From Euprymna scolopes (lineage: Eukaryota), in assembly GCA_053919585.1 (NCBI GenBank), contig CM132802.1: 64,000 nt of DNA; one strand, 5' to 3'. Position 1 is the stretch's first letter; each line of letters begins with the position of its first letter. The position numbers were made by a program, and so were the translations under genes. Shown here piece by piece: positions 26,126 through 40,567 of the stretch. The notes beneath the pieces were generated by a model. It was given only the letters and a program-made list of their open reading frames with translations, was not told the DNA's origin and did not search any database.

Positions 26126-28014
26126 ATGTGCTCGGAAATTACTAGTACTTGAGAGATTCCAGTATATTTACAAAGTTTAAATTCGCTCATGCATGGTTAA
26201 ATATTGTTGTCATATTTGTGCTGTTGTTTTTACCACCTGTTTCACTCGCTTAAACAGGGTAAAAAAAGGAGTCGAAAACCTAATAAGTCCCGCACTATAA
26301 GAAAAGATCCAACGCGTGTCTGATCATCGTAATGTTGCATATTTGTGCCTATTTTACAAGTACATTAATGGCATGTGGTCTAATGAACCCAATGCGATCG
26401 ACATAGGTACATCTGAAAAACCTATTTAGCAGCAACGGAAGACTTTCTACATTTTTTCCTGCGGATTGATACATTTTGGAATGCAATCCTTGTCTATTGC
26501 TTCTCTTTATTGTACAAACCCAAAGACATTTTAACTGCAATAATAACAACTCATCTCCAGCGTTCGACATTATCCCAGATATTAGTGCATAACATCAAAG
26601 TTGCAATACGCCTTGTTTAAATTGACAAAACGTTTTTAAAAAGTCAACTAAATTAAACGTAATCGATCTCTGATTCAGCTTTCATTTGTTAAACACGAAC
26701 AGTAATACAGTATAGTACAACACATGGCAAAGCATGGTTTAATAATTAGTTATATATCACCAACATCATCATCATCATCATCATCATCATACAGATTCAA
26801 TAATACTCTTTTTAGATTAACTGTTCCCCGATTTCATCATCGAAGCCTCGCTACGTAAGACAGAGTTGTCTGCGAAAATCGTCTCTCCATAATGGTTTTA
26901 AGATTGCTCTTTGTCTATCTTATTGCTTCGAGTTTAATTCTGTCATTCCAGATGCTCATATGTCGTTATAGCCCGAAATCTGACCTGCTCATATATCAAG
27001 ACATGGTGATGTCGTTAAATCAATTATGTTGTTCGATCCAGCTATTTTGTTTTCTTTTACGTATACTGAAGCAGAAAACTTATGTTACGTTTTATTTCAA
27101 TTTCTATTGCTGCATTATTAAGTACCCATGTTCCACCACCATATGCCATAACGGATATGATGTATTCGGTGGGAACTGCCTGACCAATATCCATAATTGA
27201 CATTCTGCTCAGCATGATGNNNNNNNNNNNNNNNNNNNNNNNNNNNNNNNNNNNNNNNNNNNNNNNNNNNNNNNNNNNNNNNNNNNNNNNNNNNNNNNNN
27301 NNNNNNNNNNNNNNNNNNNNNNNNNNNNNNNNNNNNNNNNNNNNNNNNNNNNNNNNNGTGTTTATTTAAGAAAAAAATAATGTGTTAAACAAGGCATTGA
27401 TATGGTGCGACATTTACTAAGGGCACATACAAGTCTCAGCTAACTAACTGGCTATAGTCACAATGCCGCCCTTTTAATTAAAACAATATAAAATATTTCA
27501 CGGCAAACGGAAATTACAAACATTAAAATCAGTTTCGGCAATCTGGTTTTGGTCATCATCATATGAAACACAGTTTAAAGCGGTTTTATAAAATTGGTGT
27601 AAATCCTTACGTACTACATTGTAAAAAAGTTTATATTTTTGGTTTTAATTATACATTTATTTTTATTTCATCGTCAAATCCCGTTGAGCTGTTAATTCCG
27701 TTAGACATATACATGCGGGGATATTTTTTAAAATATACTTGGAGCTAAATTTACTGTCATATTCAACTAATTATATTACACTTGTNNNNNNNNNNNNNNN
27801 NNNNNNNNNNNNNNNNNNNNNNNNNNNNNNNNNNNNNNNNNNNNNNNNNNNNNNNNNNNNNNNNNNNNNNNNNNNNNNNNNNNNNNNNNNNNNNNNNNNN
27901 NNNNNNNNNNNNNNNNNNNNNNNNNNNNNNNNNNNNNNNNNNNNNNNNNTGATTTGAATTCTTTCTGCAGAGCCCTGAATCCGCGTCACTACCCATCAAG
28001 CAACCTGCACTCAC

Positions 28015-28067
<53 letters not shown>

Positions 28068-28711
28068 CAAAACAAAGGCCTAGGTACTCCCAGGAGGGAT
28101 ATTTCCTTTGCACACGGCAGTCAATAATCTTTGTCAGTAAACGTCACGGCTAGAACATGTCCGGTCGTTCGACTGTCTAACTTGGAAAAGGTCACAGCGA
28201 TGAGGATGGTCTTGATAATGCTTAAAACTCTATCGACATTCAGATTTGCCCGGCGGAATGCATCTTCGGATTATGCGAATTCCAGTTTTGGCACGTGGCA
28301 GCCGGCCTTCCCTCTGCGATTGGCAACCGAACAAATCTTGAAAAAGAATTAAATAGCATGCAAAGCGAATACTAATCCTTGCCAGTTAAACATGAGGGTT
28401 AACAGCGTCGGACAGGCTAGTTTCCTTCACATGATCGACAATTGTAATTGATAAACAACACGTTTATATCGCGTTCACGTCTTTGTTGATTCGTCGTTAT
28501 TTTCTTATGTTTCTTCTTTTGTTTCATTTACCATTTCATATTTTTTTAACTCTTTATTTCATATCTTCATTCTCTACTCATTTGTTCTTCTTCATCATTA
28601 TCTTTTACTGCACTTTCTTATTGAACTTCATTTTCATATTATTTTTAATTTACTTTTTGGTTTCCATTTTCTTTTACTTCTTTTTCTTATTCTTTCTTCT
28701 TATTCTTTCTT

Positions 28712-28742
<31 letters not shown>

Positions 28743-29289
28743 TTCTGCTTATTATTATTGGCTCACAAGGAGCTTTCACACAGGATCTCCCCTTGAAAAT
28801 AGACTGTGGTGTGTCCTGAAAGCTGAGATACAACAAGTGCCTCAGTTTTCTAGTGCTCTCCGCCTCTTCTGATTACATTTGCAAATGAATTTGCATTATC
28901 GCAACAGACACCCACAATCGATCTCTCACTAACAGCAGTCATTTTTTCCACTAAAATGTGAGTGGCAATAAGACTCCACAAGGTCCTAGTTCTCTTCGCA
29001 CTTGCCCAGCGGAGGTCTTGTCAGTGCTCTTTCCTCGGTCTTTCTATCATCCCTAACCCTTCTAGGCTATTTGGCATCATTCTTTTGTAGGGGCGGTAAT
29101 ATGGGGAAGGGATAGATAACTTATAGATATTTATATTTTATGTTCCTGATTCCCTGTGACGCTTCTTTGTCCGTTGTCTCTGCAGCAGTTCGTTTGGTCC
29201 GCAAGTGTGGCTGATGTGTATTAGTCCCTGCATTCAGGGTGTTTTCCTAATATTTCAGCTGTTTTATTTATTGTTAGTCATTGTATCTT

Positions 29290-29500
29290 TCTAGTTATTC
29301 CTCTGATTCCAATTTCTCCCATTCTTTTTTCAAAGTTTTTCAGGATTCTTCCAAGTGTTCCTACTATTATAGGTACTACCTTGATTTTTTTATCATCTAT
29401 ACCTTTCAGCTCTCTGACTAGCTCTGTGTATTCGTGCCGTTTCTACTTTTCTTTGATATTTGTCCTGTGGTCAGTTAGAACAGCAAAGTCTACTATTTGG
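29290..29500 (-). mobile_element. R4/R2/NeSL-like retrotransposon, restriction-like endonuclease C-terminal fragment
   Basis: Translation QIVDFAVLTDHRTNIKEK*KRHEYTELVRELK...KVVPIIVGTLG. Confidence 0.65.
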
Positions 29501-29915
29501 NNNNNNNNNNNNNNNNNNNNNNNNNNNNNNNNNNNNNNNNNNNNNNNNNNNNNNNNNNNNNNNNNNNNNNNNNNNNNNNNNNNNNNNNNNNNNNNNNNNN
29601 NNNNNNNNNNNNNNNNNNNNNNNNNNNNNNNNNNNNNNNNNNNNNNNNNNNNNNNNNNNNNNNNNNNNNNNNNNNNNNNNNNNNNNNNNNNNNTTATNNN
29701 NNNNNNNNNNNNNNNNNNNNNNNNNNNNNNNNNNNNNNNNNNNNNNNNNNNNNNNNNNNNNNNNNNNNNNNNNNNNNNNNNNNNNNNNNNNNNNNNNNNN
29801 NNNNNNNNNNNNNNNNNNNNNNNNNNNNNNNNNNNNNNNNNNNNNNNNNNNNNNNNNNNNNNNNNNNNNNNNNNNNNNNNNNNNNNNNNNNNNNNNNNNN
29901 NNNNNNNNNNNNNNT

Positions 29916-30700
29916 ATTTATCCTTTTCATTCTTATCCTCTTCTTGTTGTTTTCTTTCTTTTACCGCTATCGCCATTTTATATTCATTTCCTTGTTATTT
30001 TTTTAGTTTTTATTTGTTTATTTATATTCTTTCCCTTTGTTCTCTTATTTTGCTGTTTCTTTTTACTTTTTATTGCTCTTATTATTTCTACTTCATTTTC
30101 TCTAACATTGTCTTGCTTTTCCTTTTTCTTGTCGCCCTCAATCGCATCTGCATATTATTGTTCTTCTTGAGATTTTTTACTCTTATTATTTTTGCGACGA
30201 CTTTTTCTATTTAATTTTTCTTTTTCTTATTGATATGTTTTTTCTCTTTTGTTTTTTGTTGTTCTTATTCTTTTTTTTCTATTTTTAATGTATTATTTTA
30301 TTGCCCTCCCCCATTATTTCATTTTTGCCTTCATGTTCTTACTGCTGTTCGTCTTCTCCTTTCTCTCCTTGTTCAATTGCATTTTTATATTATTGCTCTT
30401 TTGGATTCTGTTAGTCTTTTTTGTATTTTTGCAAAGACATTTTCTTCTTAGTTTTTTTCGTCTTATTGATATTTTTGTTTTATTGTTTTATTTTTTCTAC
30501 ATTTGCTATGTTTTTCCTTTTATTCCTATTCTTGTTCTACGTCTATTCTTCTTCATTTTTTATATGTTTTTCTTTTATCCCCCCAATTTACTCTAATTTT
30601 TTTCTTCGTTTGCTTATTGCAGTTCTTAGTCTTCTCTCCGTGTTCCGTAATTCTCATCTTGTATATTTGAATATCATTCTTGATTTTCATCACGATCTTC
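29916..30700. repeat. T/C-rich low-complexity tract (decayed TTC/TTA repeats)
   Basis: Extreme pyrimidine skew; spurious F/L/I-rich ORFs in all three plus frames. Confidence 0.8.
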
Positions 30701-30779
30701 GTCTTGATCAGAATAACCTTATATACATTTTATTATTCCAGCAGCCACTAAAACTTTAAGGCATCCCCCAGTTTTCTTT

Positions 30780-32600
30780 TTGTATTTTATACAACTCTCA
30801 TTGTTTGCTTAGTTTAATACCTCACATTTTCCCTGCGCCATTTTTATAACTAGTCTCCACTATAACCAACACCATGACCTATGTTTCACAACCTTTTCTA
30901 TGTTCCACAATCTCTATTTTTCAACTTCCCACTGCTTTCATCGCTTCCTCCCCAAACACGAATTGTTTCCTTTCAACCTCCTACATCAATCGAGGATTTA
31001 TTTATTTCTCTTTACGCTAATCTAACTGTTTTCACTTCTTTTCATCTTCTTAACATAGTAAAAAATTAATATATTTCCGTAAACCTACATTTCTTTTTAT
31101 GGATATTTATTGTTAAGTATTTTGAACAATCTTTCTGGACTTTGCCATGCAAATATGCCTCTAATAAATCAATTTTGAGAAAGTTTTTCCCCCATTCCAC
31201 TTCTAAAAAATTTTCCCGGGTGTAGGGAGCGAATTATTATGATCTTTTAAGTAATCATTTAGTCCAATTAAGAAACCCGCACTTACCATGATCTTGTTAC
31301 TGTTCTTTTGTACATATTTTGTGGGTGATGCCCACTCAATATGGTCTACTTTTTAATTACTCCATTTTCTTCGAGCCTCTTTAGTTTTTCATCTATTCTA
31401 TCCAGTGAAGATAATGGAGTCTTCCTTTTTGGTTTTAATACCGGTTAAGATTTGTCCTTCAGTCACAATTTCACCCAACATAAGTGCAAAAACCCAGTCC
31501 CTAAGAACACATATTTTTAAAATCCTTTTTTTAAATGTTTAATGAATTTTCTTGAAATTTGGAATTTTTTATCTCGACCACATATACTTTTCTCACATAA
31601 ATGAAATAGTATCATCGTACACCAAATAAATTAGAATTATTTCGGTGTATGCCATAAATTTTGCTTTTTACGGTATTTTCATTCAGTATAAAATTTTTTA
31701 TCAAATTCACCATTTTAGTCTATTTCCAGAAAGTACTCTGACAATTTTTTCCGTATTTTGTAACTTTGGGTATCCAATTTTCTTCCAAGAGTCTTCATCA
31801 ATTAAGGATATATCACTCCTATTTCATAGAAGTCAGTTTACTTTTCAGCCATTAATTTGGGCATCAATGTATTTTCTTTTCATGGACTCTTTTTTAGATC
31901 CGATTGAATTTATTCTTTCGGGCTTTTCTTTTTACATAAGTTGATTTGTGATCTTTATGTTCTCACTTACAGCATATTTTATTTTTTATAAAATAACACT
32001 CTTTTATAGAGTGTCTTTTCTCCACATGTTCCACGGTATATTTTTCATAGTGGACACGTTGTTTAACCATCTGTATGTTGGCAATAGATTTTTTCAATAC
32101 TTACATTATCCTGTTTTAAATTCAACAGCTTTTGACATTCTTCCGTAACATTTTGTAAAGTTATCTCAGTGTCTAGATTAATGATTGATAATATTATTGA
32201 ATGAATCTCTTTATCTTTAGCGACTGTTAAACCCTGAACAAATATTAAACATTTAAACGTATCTTCTCTAATGTTGTATCCTTAATAATTCACATTAACC
32301 ATTTTTATTTTCCAGCATAAGCGATAAAATCCTCCTCATCTTGTTTCACAATATTTAAACATTTATGACGCGTATAAAATAAACTGCCTCGCTCCACGAC
32401 AATTCTCGATAATATATCTATCGTTTCTTTCAAAGAAATATCTTCAGGTTTGTTTTGGAGAAGGAAATTTGTATACCTGGTATTTTCCTGAGTACCACAT
32501 TTTTGTAACAACATTATATTTATTCGTCGTCAATTTGTCAATGTAAAGTTCGCCACCGCTAAAAAATACCTATTATAACTATCGTTATATCATCTTATCC
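30780..32600 (-). mobile_element. Highly decayed Ty3/gypsy gag-pol relic
   Basis: RHKCLNIVKQDEEDFIAYAG (gag), VDHIEWASPT and LKIDLLEAYLH (RT motifs); many stops. Confidence 0.7.
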
Positions 32601-32883
32601 AGTTTTAATATAGACATAAACTTAATGGATGTTGAAGATTTGGAAGTCTTGAAATAAATCTGTAGACAACATCAATAAAGTCAATGCAGGATGTATACGT
32701 CATTGTGTATTTATTGTGCCAAAGCTGTCCACATACTGTTCAATGTTTTCTATCAATCTAAAAAGTGTATTTTAAACGCGTTTATCCTATTTGAATGACA
32801 AGTGTACTGCCCCCTTTCTAGTTTATTATATGTTTTTACTAGCGATTATCTCATTATGAGATGCTGCTCGGATTATCTCAGAA

Positions 32884-32915
<32 letters not shown>

Positions 32916-33037
32916 TGTTATACAAAAATATATTTCTTATTACATCACAGCCAAATATTTTTGGGAAAAATAATTATGACATTATCGTGAAGTAAGCAAG
33001 AAGAATAAGTTTGGCAGTAAATACGAAATATCAAATA

Positions 33038-33890
33038 TTAGCAGAACCCGTGTACCGGCGTTGCCACGTGGAAATATGACACAAAGCCAGAATAGATTCA
33101 GTAAATAGGTCCCTTGAAAACAAATTAACGTACAATTGTTAGTAGAAGCCATTGCAGACCCTGGAAAAGAGTAGGCACTAACAATCATTTGGCTTCTATT
33201 TTTAATCATTACAGACACTGACAAAGAGCCTGTGCCTCCCATTGTCAACACTGCTGGTTACTGCCGATTAATGCTGGTGAAGGGTGATTACTTGCGAGTA
33301 CTGGCGAATACTTGCTTTATTGTTAGGTACTGACTACATTAGCAACTGACAGACACTCATATCGGTGATCAGTGTCGGCCTGCTGAACTGAATGTGTCTG
33401 TAAAGCATTATTGAGCACTGGCATCCACTGGCTGTCACTGGATGCCTGTATTCAGTACTGATGGTTACTGGCAGTTACTGCTTTTTAAGGTCGTTAATTA
33501 CGTTTACTGGTAAACACTGGTGCTTTTCTAACCGTTACTGTCGGCTCTCGGTGTTCATTGTCGGACATAACTTGTATCAGCCTCTATTGGACTGTTCCAA
33601 AATGAAATTGTCAGTCTTCAATGGTAAGCACTGGTTGTTATTGGCGTTTAATTACATTTAGAGGCGTTTAGTGGCGTATAGAGGCGGTTACTTGCGTTTA
33701 CTGACTCGATTACTTGCATAAAACTGAAAACTGACTCTCTTTACTACTATCAAGTTACAAGCACCGTTATCCATAATGGTTATTGCTCTTTTAAAATCGT
33801 TACTGTCATTTATTCGAACTGGCGTGGCATTGGTGAGACACTGGGAGCTGCGGCGAGCACCCGTTGTTATTGCTGTATTGAAGCGGTTTA
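33038..33890 (-). mobile_element. Helitron-like element with a degenerate ACTG/ACTGG-rich tandem interior
   Basis: End TAGCAGAACCCGTGTACCGGCGTTGCC...AAAGCCAGA shared with 61583; followed by irregular ACTG repeats. Confidence 0.5.
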
Positions 33891-33899
33891 ATATAGAAT

Positions 33900-34100
33900 A
33901 TGGATCATGTCATTTTTAGCGACTATTTTCGAGATCTTCGTGAGATCGTTTGTAGGAACATTTTTGTCCAGTTTCGGGTGTAAAATCCCAGGATATCGAA
34001 GCCGCAGTTTTAAAGCGACCAAAACGAGATCTTCGAGTGATTTTTCTATCCCCCCTCTTAGTTGTTATACGGGCCAGCCCGGTTTTTTCTTTTCTGTCAA
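33900..34100 (-). mobile_element. Tc1-like transposase N-terminal relic
   Basis: KTGLARITTKRGDRKITR...RFKTAASI resembles the GRPRKTT..DR.I.R segment of Tc1 transposases. Confidence 0.45.
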
Positions 34101-34328
34101 TGGTAAACTTTATTTCTATTTTCAATAAGTTGTTATTAAAATTGCTAAAGTCTGTATTAATTTTCAGCGTTTCTTAACTTTTGGACGCGTATAATTATTT
34201 AATGTTATTTATATGTAAAAAACTAATATGTATTCAAAATCAAAAAGCAAAAACATTGTTTTTTTTTATTTAACTATCATTATTAAACATCGGAAAATTC
34301 ACTAAAAATTGTTTTTCACTTTTACAGA

Positions 34329-34402
34329 CTGTAAAAGTCTGAGGAAGCTACCAGACGGCCAAAAAACGGTCGTTTAGCTGAAACAATAATGTAACTAAAC
34401 AG
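34329..34402 (+). ncRNA. Type I hammerhead ribozyme, second family
   Basis: CTGT-aaa-AGT CTGAGGA AGCTA..GACGGCC(aaaaaac)GGTCGTT TAGCT GAAA CA(ataa)T GTA^ACT-aa-ACAG; all core nucleotides present. Confidence 0.75.
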
Positions 34403-34811
34403 AAAAATACGGTAATAAAAAATAAAACGCATATTTGCTCTACAACAGTATTGAGCACTTTATTCAGGTTTTTATTAATTACCATCACTACTATATATAC
34501 ATATATATATATTTATATATATATATATATATAATGGGTGTTACTTATTGTTTGAAAATGTGGATCTAAGAACGGAAAGCGACATTTGAGAAAAGTAAAG
34601 TAAATAAGGTTGAGTGTCTAAATTGTAACTGTAAGTTTTCTTTGGACAAATTACTCCAGCTTTATTCTTTTATTTTGTAAATTCAAATGTAATCAAACCT
34701 GAATCTAACATTTACCTTAGGCTAATTTTATGCTATGTACATTATGTTGTACTTTTTATATATCTTTAGTTAAACATTATACATCTAAATCATTCATTGT
34801 AATGTAAAAGA

Positions 34812-35150
34812 AGGCGTTCTCATTTCGTTCTTCCTCGTGTTTAGACCCCATCGAAGTGCCAAACAAATAAAATAAATATTTTGAACTCACTTTTTTTTGA
34901 GTGACAATTTTCTTTTCTGTCTATGCGTCCCATTATACATAACAAATTTTCACAGCGCTGCCACCGGCTAAATCATTGTCATCTGCTCTCTTTCTCCTGC
35001 TATTCATGATGTCATGTCTTTCTTACTCCATTCTCCCTGTTTTATTGCTGTTGTTATTCCTGCATGACGTCACTAGTCTTGCGCCTTCCTCTATTTCACT
35101 ATTTTACAACTCCTATCTACGCGACCTCGCCGCACATTATGGTACATTAC
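34812..35150. repeat. Interspersed repeat, direct copy of 38404-38742
   Basis: Shared TTTCGTTCTTC, CCCATTATACATAA, CACCGGCTA, TGACGTCAC and TCTACGCGAC..CGCCGCACATTATGGTACAT. Confidence 0.8.
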
Positions 35151-37923
35151 ATCCATACCTAAAGAAATTTTTTACAAAAATTAAAAAACAATTTTGCTTT
35201 GAATAAGAATATGCCAATCCCAAATGTCCAAACCAAGAACAAAAGAAAAAAAACCCACGTGAAAGATTTTCCTGACAATTTTCTTTTTCCAGTTATAAAA
35301 TACTAAAATCCAATACAAAAAAAAGTCTATTTTTTATGAACAACTTTGTATGTTAAGAGGGATTAAGAATACCAAAATAATAATGGTTTTCGTGACAGGT
35401 TTTTTTTTTTTTTTTTTTTTTTGCACCGGGCAACTTTTTTCTAGTAATTAAATCTAATAAGAATACAAAAATGTCGTAAACAGTCTTATTTTTCAATGAG
35501 CAACATTGTATGCTAAGATTTTAAGTAGTTTATAGTTTTAGAACGGTCAAAATGTCAAGTGCTTAGAGTTTTTAGGAAGGGTTATTCAAGTGTAAAAGGT
35601 CCCTAATTTAATCACAAATCTAGGAATCTTAAAAGTCCCTTTAACCGGTATTTATCTAAAGGCTCATGCACTTTTAAGAGAAAAAAAGGCATTTAAGTTA
35701 TTTTTCTGTGTTTTGCTCGGTTAACATCCCGAGATAATCCGTCTCTTGCTTACTCAAACCATATGTTGAGATAACCTCGAGGCCCTATTTTCGTTGATAT
35801 CTGACCCCACAAGGTAGAGGCCTTATTCGCGCCATTTCGGCTATCAATCTATTATTATTTTTTTTACCTTTTAAGTCATATCGTTCGTAACGCTACACTA
35901 AGGACCTATTTTATTCCATTACCTCCTCATCTCTCATAGCGAACAGGTGCTCCATCACTAGGTGTATCAGAATTTGGGGGAAATTTTTGACACTCCTAAC
36001 ACAAAACTGCGAATAAAACATTTAAAAAAATCGTAATTTCTCTTTTTAAAGGTTGTTGTTTATTTTCTTTATGGAATATACTTCCAAAAAAAACTATTAA
36101 AGTTATTTAAAAAATAATAGAAATATTATTTGTTAATTTTTAAAATACAGTGTTTACACAGTGCCGGCACGCGTTTATGCAGCCATTTTTTTACGTACTG
36201 AAATCATTTGAATTTTACGTGTTAAATCTTTTTTTTAATTTTTAAACTTCAAGAATCTATAAAATTTTTTTCATTGGCTAAATTCTTACGATATTTTAAG
36301 GGTCAATGTGAAATTTTATGCACTTTTCGATAAACCAAATATAATATTTTAGACAAACGTTTTTTTAAATTCACGCCCCCAATTTTTAAATGTATATTAA
36401 AATATAAATAATTAATTTACGTACCAAAGTTTTATATATCGCAAATTGAAGATCAAAGATCAATAAATAAAATATTCTAATCTAAAACAAAAAAAATAAG
36501 TGTTTTTTTGAAATTTACCTGTAAAGTTCAAAATGTAAAACCTGTTTTAAAAATCACGTTGATTTTTTCTTATTTTTAAGCAGAAGCTTATGCTATGCTT
36601 AGATTATCAAGTAAATATTGGACGCTGACGACAATTGTTTCTATTTAATTCAATGCTTTCTTTTTTTAGATAGTTAAAACATATCTCGGTAAAGCGGCTA
36701 AAATCCATGAATAAAAAGTTATTATTTTGCAAATATGGTAGCACATACTGACCACTTTGTAGTTGAAAAAATATATCAAAAATACAAAAGGAAGATAAGG
36801 CTTCATGGCATAAACAATTATCTTTGTCACTTTGATGCTTCTGTATATAAAAAATCATAAATCGACGTGCATTCAGTTTTGCTAATGGCGGATAAACAAC
36901 TGTCGAAAAGACGTTTTTTCCGCGACTCTTGATTTAAAAGTCCTATTATTTAAAAATACATGGAATATAATATATAATATGGACATATTCTTATACATGG
37001 AGAATAGAAACACCCATAGCGTAGTAATTTTGAACAGGTAAGTGATTTTTTTGGCAGTCATATATATTTATTAGATTTCGATGAAGTTAAAGTTGTTGAT
37101 TTCCGTGAAATCTTTTTTAAAGAAGACCGATGAAAAAAATATTGTATATTTGTCGATTAAACCTTTTATGATTTTTAAATGTGGTCTCTGCTTATTTTAT
37201 TGAAATAAAAATTAGGGTTTAAAATTACATTTTCATATTGTTATCAGCTTGTAGACATGGAGAGTCTATTTAATCAAATCTTTTCAATGGCCCAAGAACT
37301 TGCCCATCTTTTCAATGGCCCAATACTTGCCCAAGAATTCTGATAGACCTACCTCATCACTGGGATTTCCGATCCGTTGTCTGAATTCTCACGATAGCAT
37401 TCATATCGTCTAAGGACATGCTCATCGATCTATCTCATCGATTTCTGTATCTGATCTGTCTGAATGTAAAGGGGCCGCCAATGTCGCCTTCCATACTTTG
37501 AATTTATCCAATAGAATATTCTATTTGTTTACATCAGCCCCTACCGAGTCCTTTGTAGTCAACAGGGCCGACATGTACTTTCCTTGCTCCGAGTACCCTG
37601 CGATAAAAAAGAACCTTCCGAGTTCTCAATCCACATCTCGCACCTATGCCCGTCATTATCGCCTATGGCTCGCATGTTGTTTAGATGTAAGCCTGCTTGC
37701 ATAGACACTGCTACATGTGGAACTATCCTTGTAAACTCGCCAGCGTAACCCGTCATCACTTCCGTTAAGAACGGTTGCGGGTTAATTTTAGCATCAAAAT
37801 TTAAATAGAAACAAGTAAAGAGAAGAAAAAAAGAATGTAGAATTATTCAACTCTCGGACAGGAAATGAACTAAAGTAAGGTCAGACAAGATGAGTAAAAC
37901 AAGGAGCTTCTCTGCATTTCAAA

Positions 37924-37996
<73 letters not shown>

Positions 37997-38403
37997 TGGG
38001 AGGTACTGTTTTTTTTTTCTTGAATAAAACTCGACGTCGGAACAGGAAAAACTAACATTAGAAACAAACGTTCACCTTTACAGACGAATTCCCTCTTCAA
38101 CACAATACGTATGCATTTTTTACATACGTTGGCGATATTATTAAATAAAACGTTTCTCTTGCGTTTACTGTCTCATTTTTTGTACACTGTTTTCAATATA
38201 TCGGCGAAATTGTTGAAGAAAACATTTCTAAAATACATGCTCAGACAATAATTTGAAGAAAAGGGGTCTGACCTTCTTTTTGTATTTCCCGGTGTAATTT
38301 TTTTTTCCATATTTCGAACCCCTTTCTTTTAGCCAAAAAAAAAAAAAAGAAAAGAAAAGACCTGCTCAGTGCCACTAAAAATTATATGTGTAATGTTATA
38401 AAA

Positions 38404-38742
38404 AGCGCTCTAATTTCGTTCTTCATCTCGTTGCCCAACAAATAAAAGACATACTGTTGAACACACATTTTTGTGAAACACTATTATCTCCTGACTGCCC
38501 TTCCCATTATACATAAAAAAAATTGACAGAGCTGTCACCGGCTAGCGAAGAACCATTGTCATATGCTCTCTTTCTGCTACTCTTCATGCCGTCACGTATT
38601 TCCCACTTCACTATCCCTATCTTACTGCTGCTGCTATCTCTGCGTGACGTCACCAATCCTGCTACCTACAACTGTTCGTTTGTCTCTTCACTGCAGCGAT
38701 TGCTGTCTACGCGACGTCGCCGCACATTATGGTACATAATTA
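38404..38742. repeat. Interspersed repeat, direct copy of 34812-35150
   Basis: Same colinear blocks. Confidence 0.8.
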
Positions 38743-39055
38743 CTGAAGCATAGCTTTGATTCAAAGTGCAAAAAAGTATACATAACTTAAAAGAAATCGA
38801 ATATATTTTATGATCACGTGTAAATTAAATCATTATAACTTACTTTGTAAAATTTATAAATCATCACTTTGAAAATCGATAAATTTAAATTATATTTGTG
38901 CTTTAAATTGTAAGGTCAAAAAAACACTTTTGATGCAATATTTTCACGAATTTTTTAATTTTATAGATAAACATATATATGGCGCGAGTTTGTGCTTTTG
39001 TGTATTATTTCGGTTGATGAGTGGTAGAAAATATTCATACATCATATATTATATA

Positions 39056-39088
<33 letters not shown>

Positions 39089-40106
39089 TATATATATGTG
39101 TGTATATATATATATATAATGCTTTCAATCTTTCTATTTAGGTATAATTCCGGTGGAATTCGCGTCTCGTGGTTATTTAAAGACTCCGTTTTCATTCATG
39201 CGTCAATCATTTTTCGTATACTTTACACATGGCGATGCATAATTAATGGACTTTAAATGGAACTGCTCTATTGATTTAATGTGATATGACAGCAGAAAAA
39301 CTCAAACACACACACACACCCACACACACCCACACACGTATCCACGCACACACACACACACACATATATATATAGTGTAGCTATCAACTATTGTAGGTCT
39401 CTCAGACTTATTATTTTTTAATATTTTTATATATATTATCTTTATATAATTAAATATTTTTAAAAAATATTAAAAACAGGATAAAAGTCTGCAAAACCTA
39501 CGAATGGCTACACTCGTTTAAATATATACTTTTAAATATACCCTTTTTTCTCTTGTTAGAACCATACAGCCATCACTTTATATACACACAAACACACGCA
39601 TATATATATATATATACTCCTTATTTATTTTTACATAAGCAGTAATATATTGCTACACTATAATGAGCGTGTTTCGTGTCAGTTAGTAATCAGTAACTAG
39701 ATACCTCTTCATGCAATATACATATGTATATTGCATGATCACGTTTGACACAATAGTACTTTCCGCTTATCTCCCTATAATGGGTATCCTCNNNNNNNNN
39801 NNNNNNNNNNNNNNNNNNNNNNNNNNNNNNNNNNNNNNNNNNNNNNNNNNNNNNNNNNNNNNNNNNNNNNNNNNNNNNNNNNNNNNNNNNNNNNNNNNNN
39901 NNNNNNNNNNNNNNNNNNNNNNNNNNNNNNNNNNNNNNNNNNNNNNNNNNNNNNNNNNNNNNNNNNNNNNNNNNNNNNNNNNNNNNNNNNNNNNNNNNNN
40001 NNNNNNNNNNNNNNNNNNNNNNNNNNNNNNNNNNNNNNNNNNNNNNNNNNNNNNNNNNNNNNNNNNNNNNNNNNNNNNNNNNNNNNNNNNNNNNNNNNNN
40101 NNNNNN

Positions 40107-40175
40107 CCTGTTACTAGGAATCGAGCCCCAGACCTTATATATTACAGTCCGGCGTCGAATCCATGACATTATGAA
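40107..40175 (-). repeat. Degenerate tRNA-like SINE head
   Basis: Reverse complement CCGGACTGTAAT...GGGGCTCGATTCCTAG (anticodon-arm-like plus B-box-like); cut by an N gap. Confidence 0.35.
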
Positions 40176-40487
40176 GCCATAAACAGGCGTACTCTTAGCT
40201 TTTATCGCTTATATATTTTAGTAAATTTGTTGTTGATTTTCTGTAAGCGATAATAAGAGGTTAACTTAGCATCTCCACTTAGGAGATCTTGTTTCTAAAA
40301 ATCGCCCTTATTTTTATTTGGACGTAACCAAATAATGTTTTATGTATTTAATATTTTTTTTTAAACAGTAATCTAGGGCATGCTTGTATTATTATTGTTT
40401 AAAAAATCAACAACAAATCTACGTAAGTTATATAAGCGAACAAACAGCAAGATTGTCCATGGCTTCATCGCGAAATCGATTAGACGC

Positions 40488-40544
<57 letters not shown>

Positions 40545-40567
40545 ATTTATAAAATATATATGGCGAT

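Noticed and set aside
29381-30214. Long ORFs spanning N runs
   Set aside because: Artefacts of assembly gaps and low complexity
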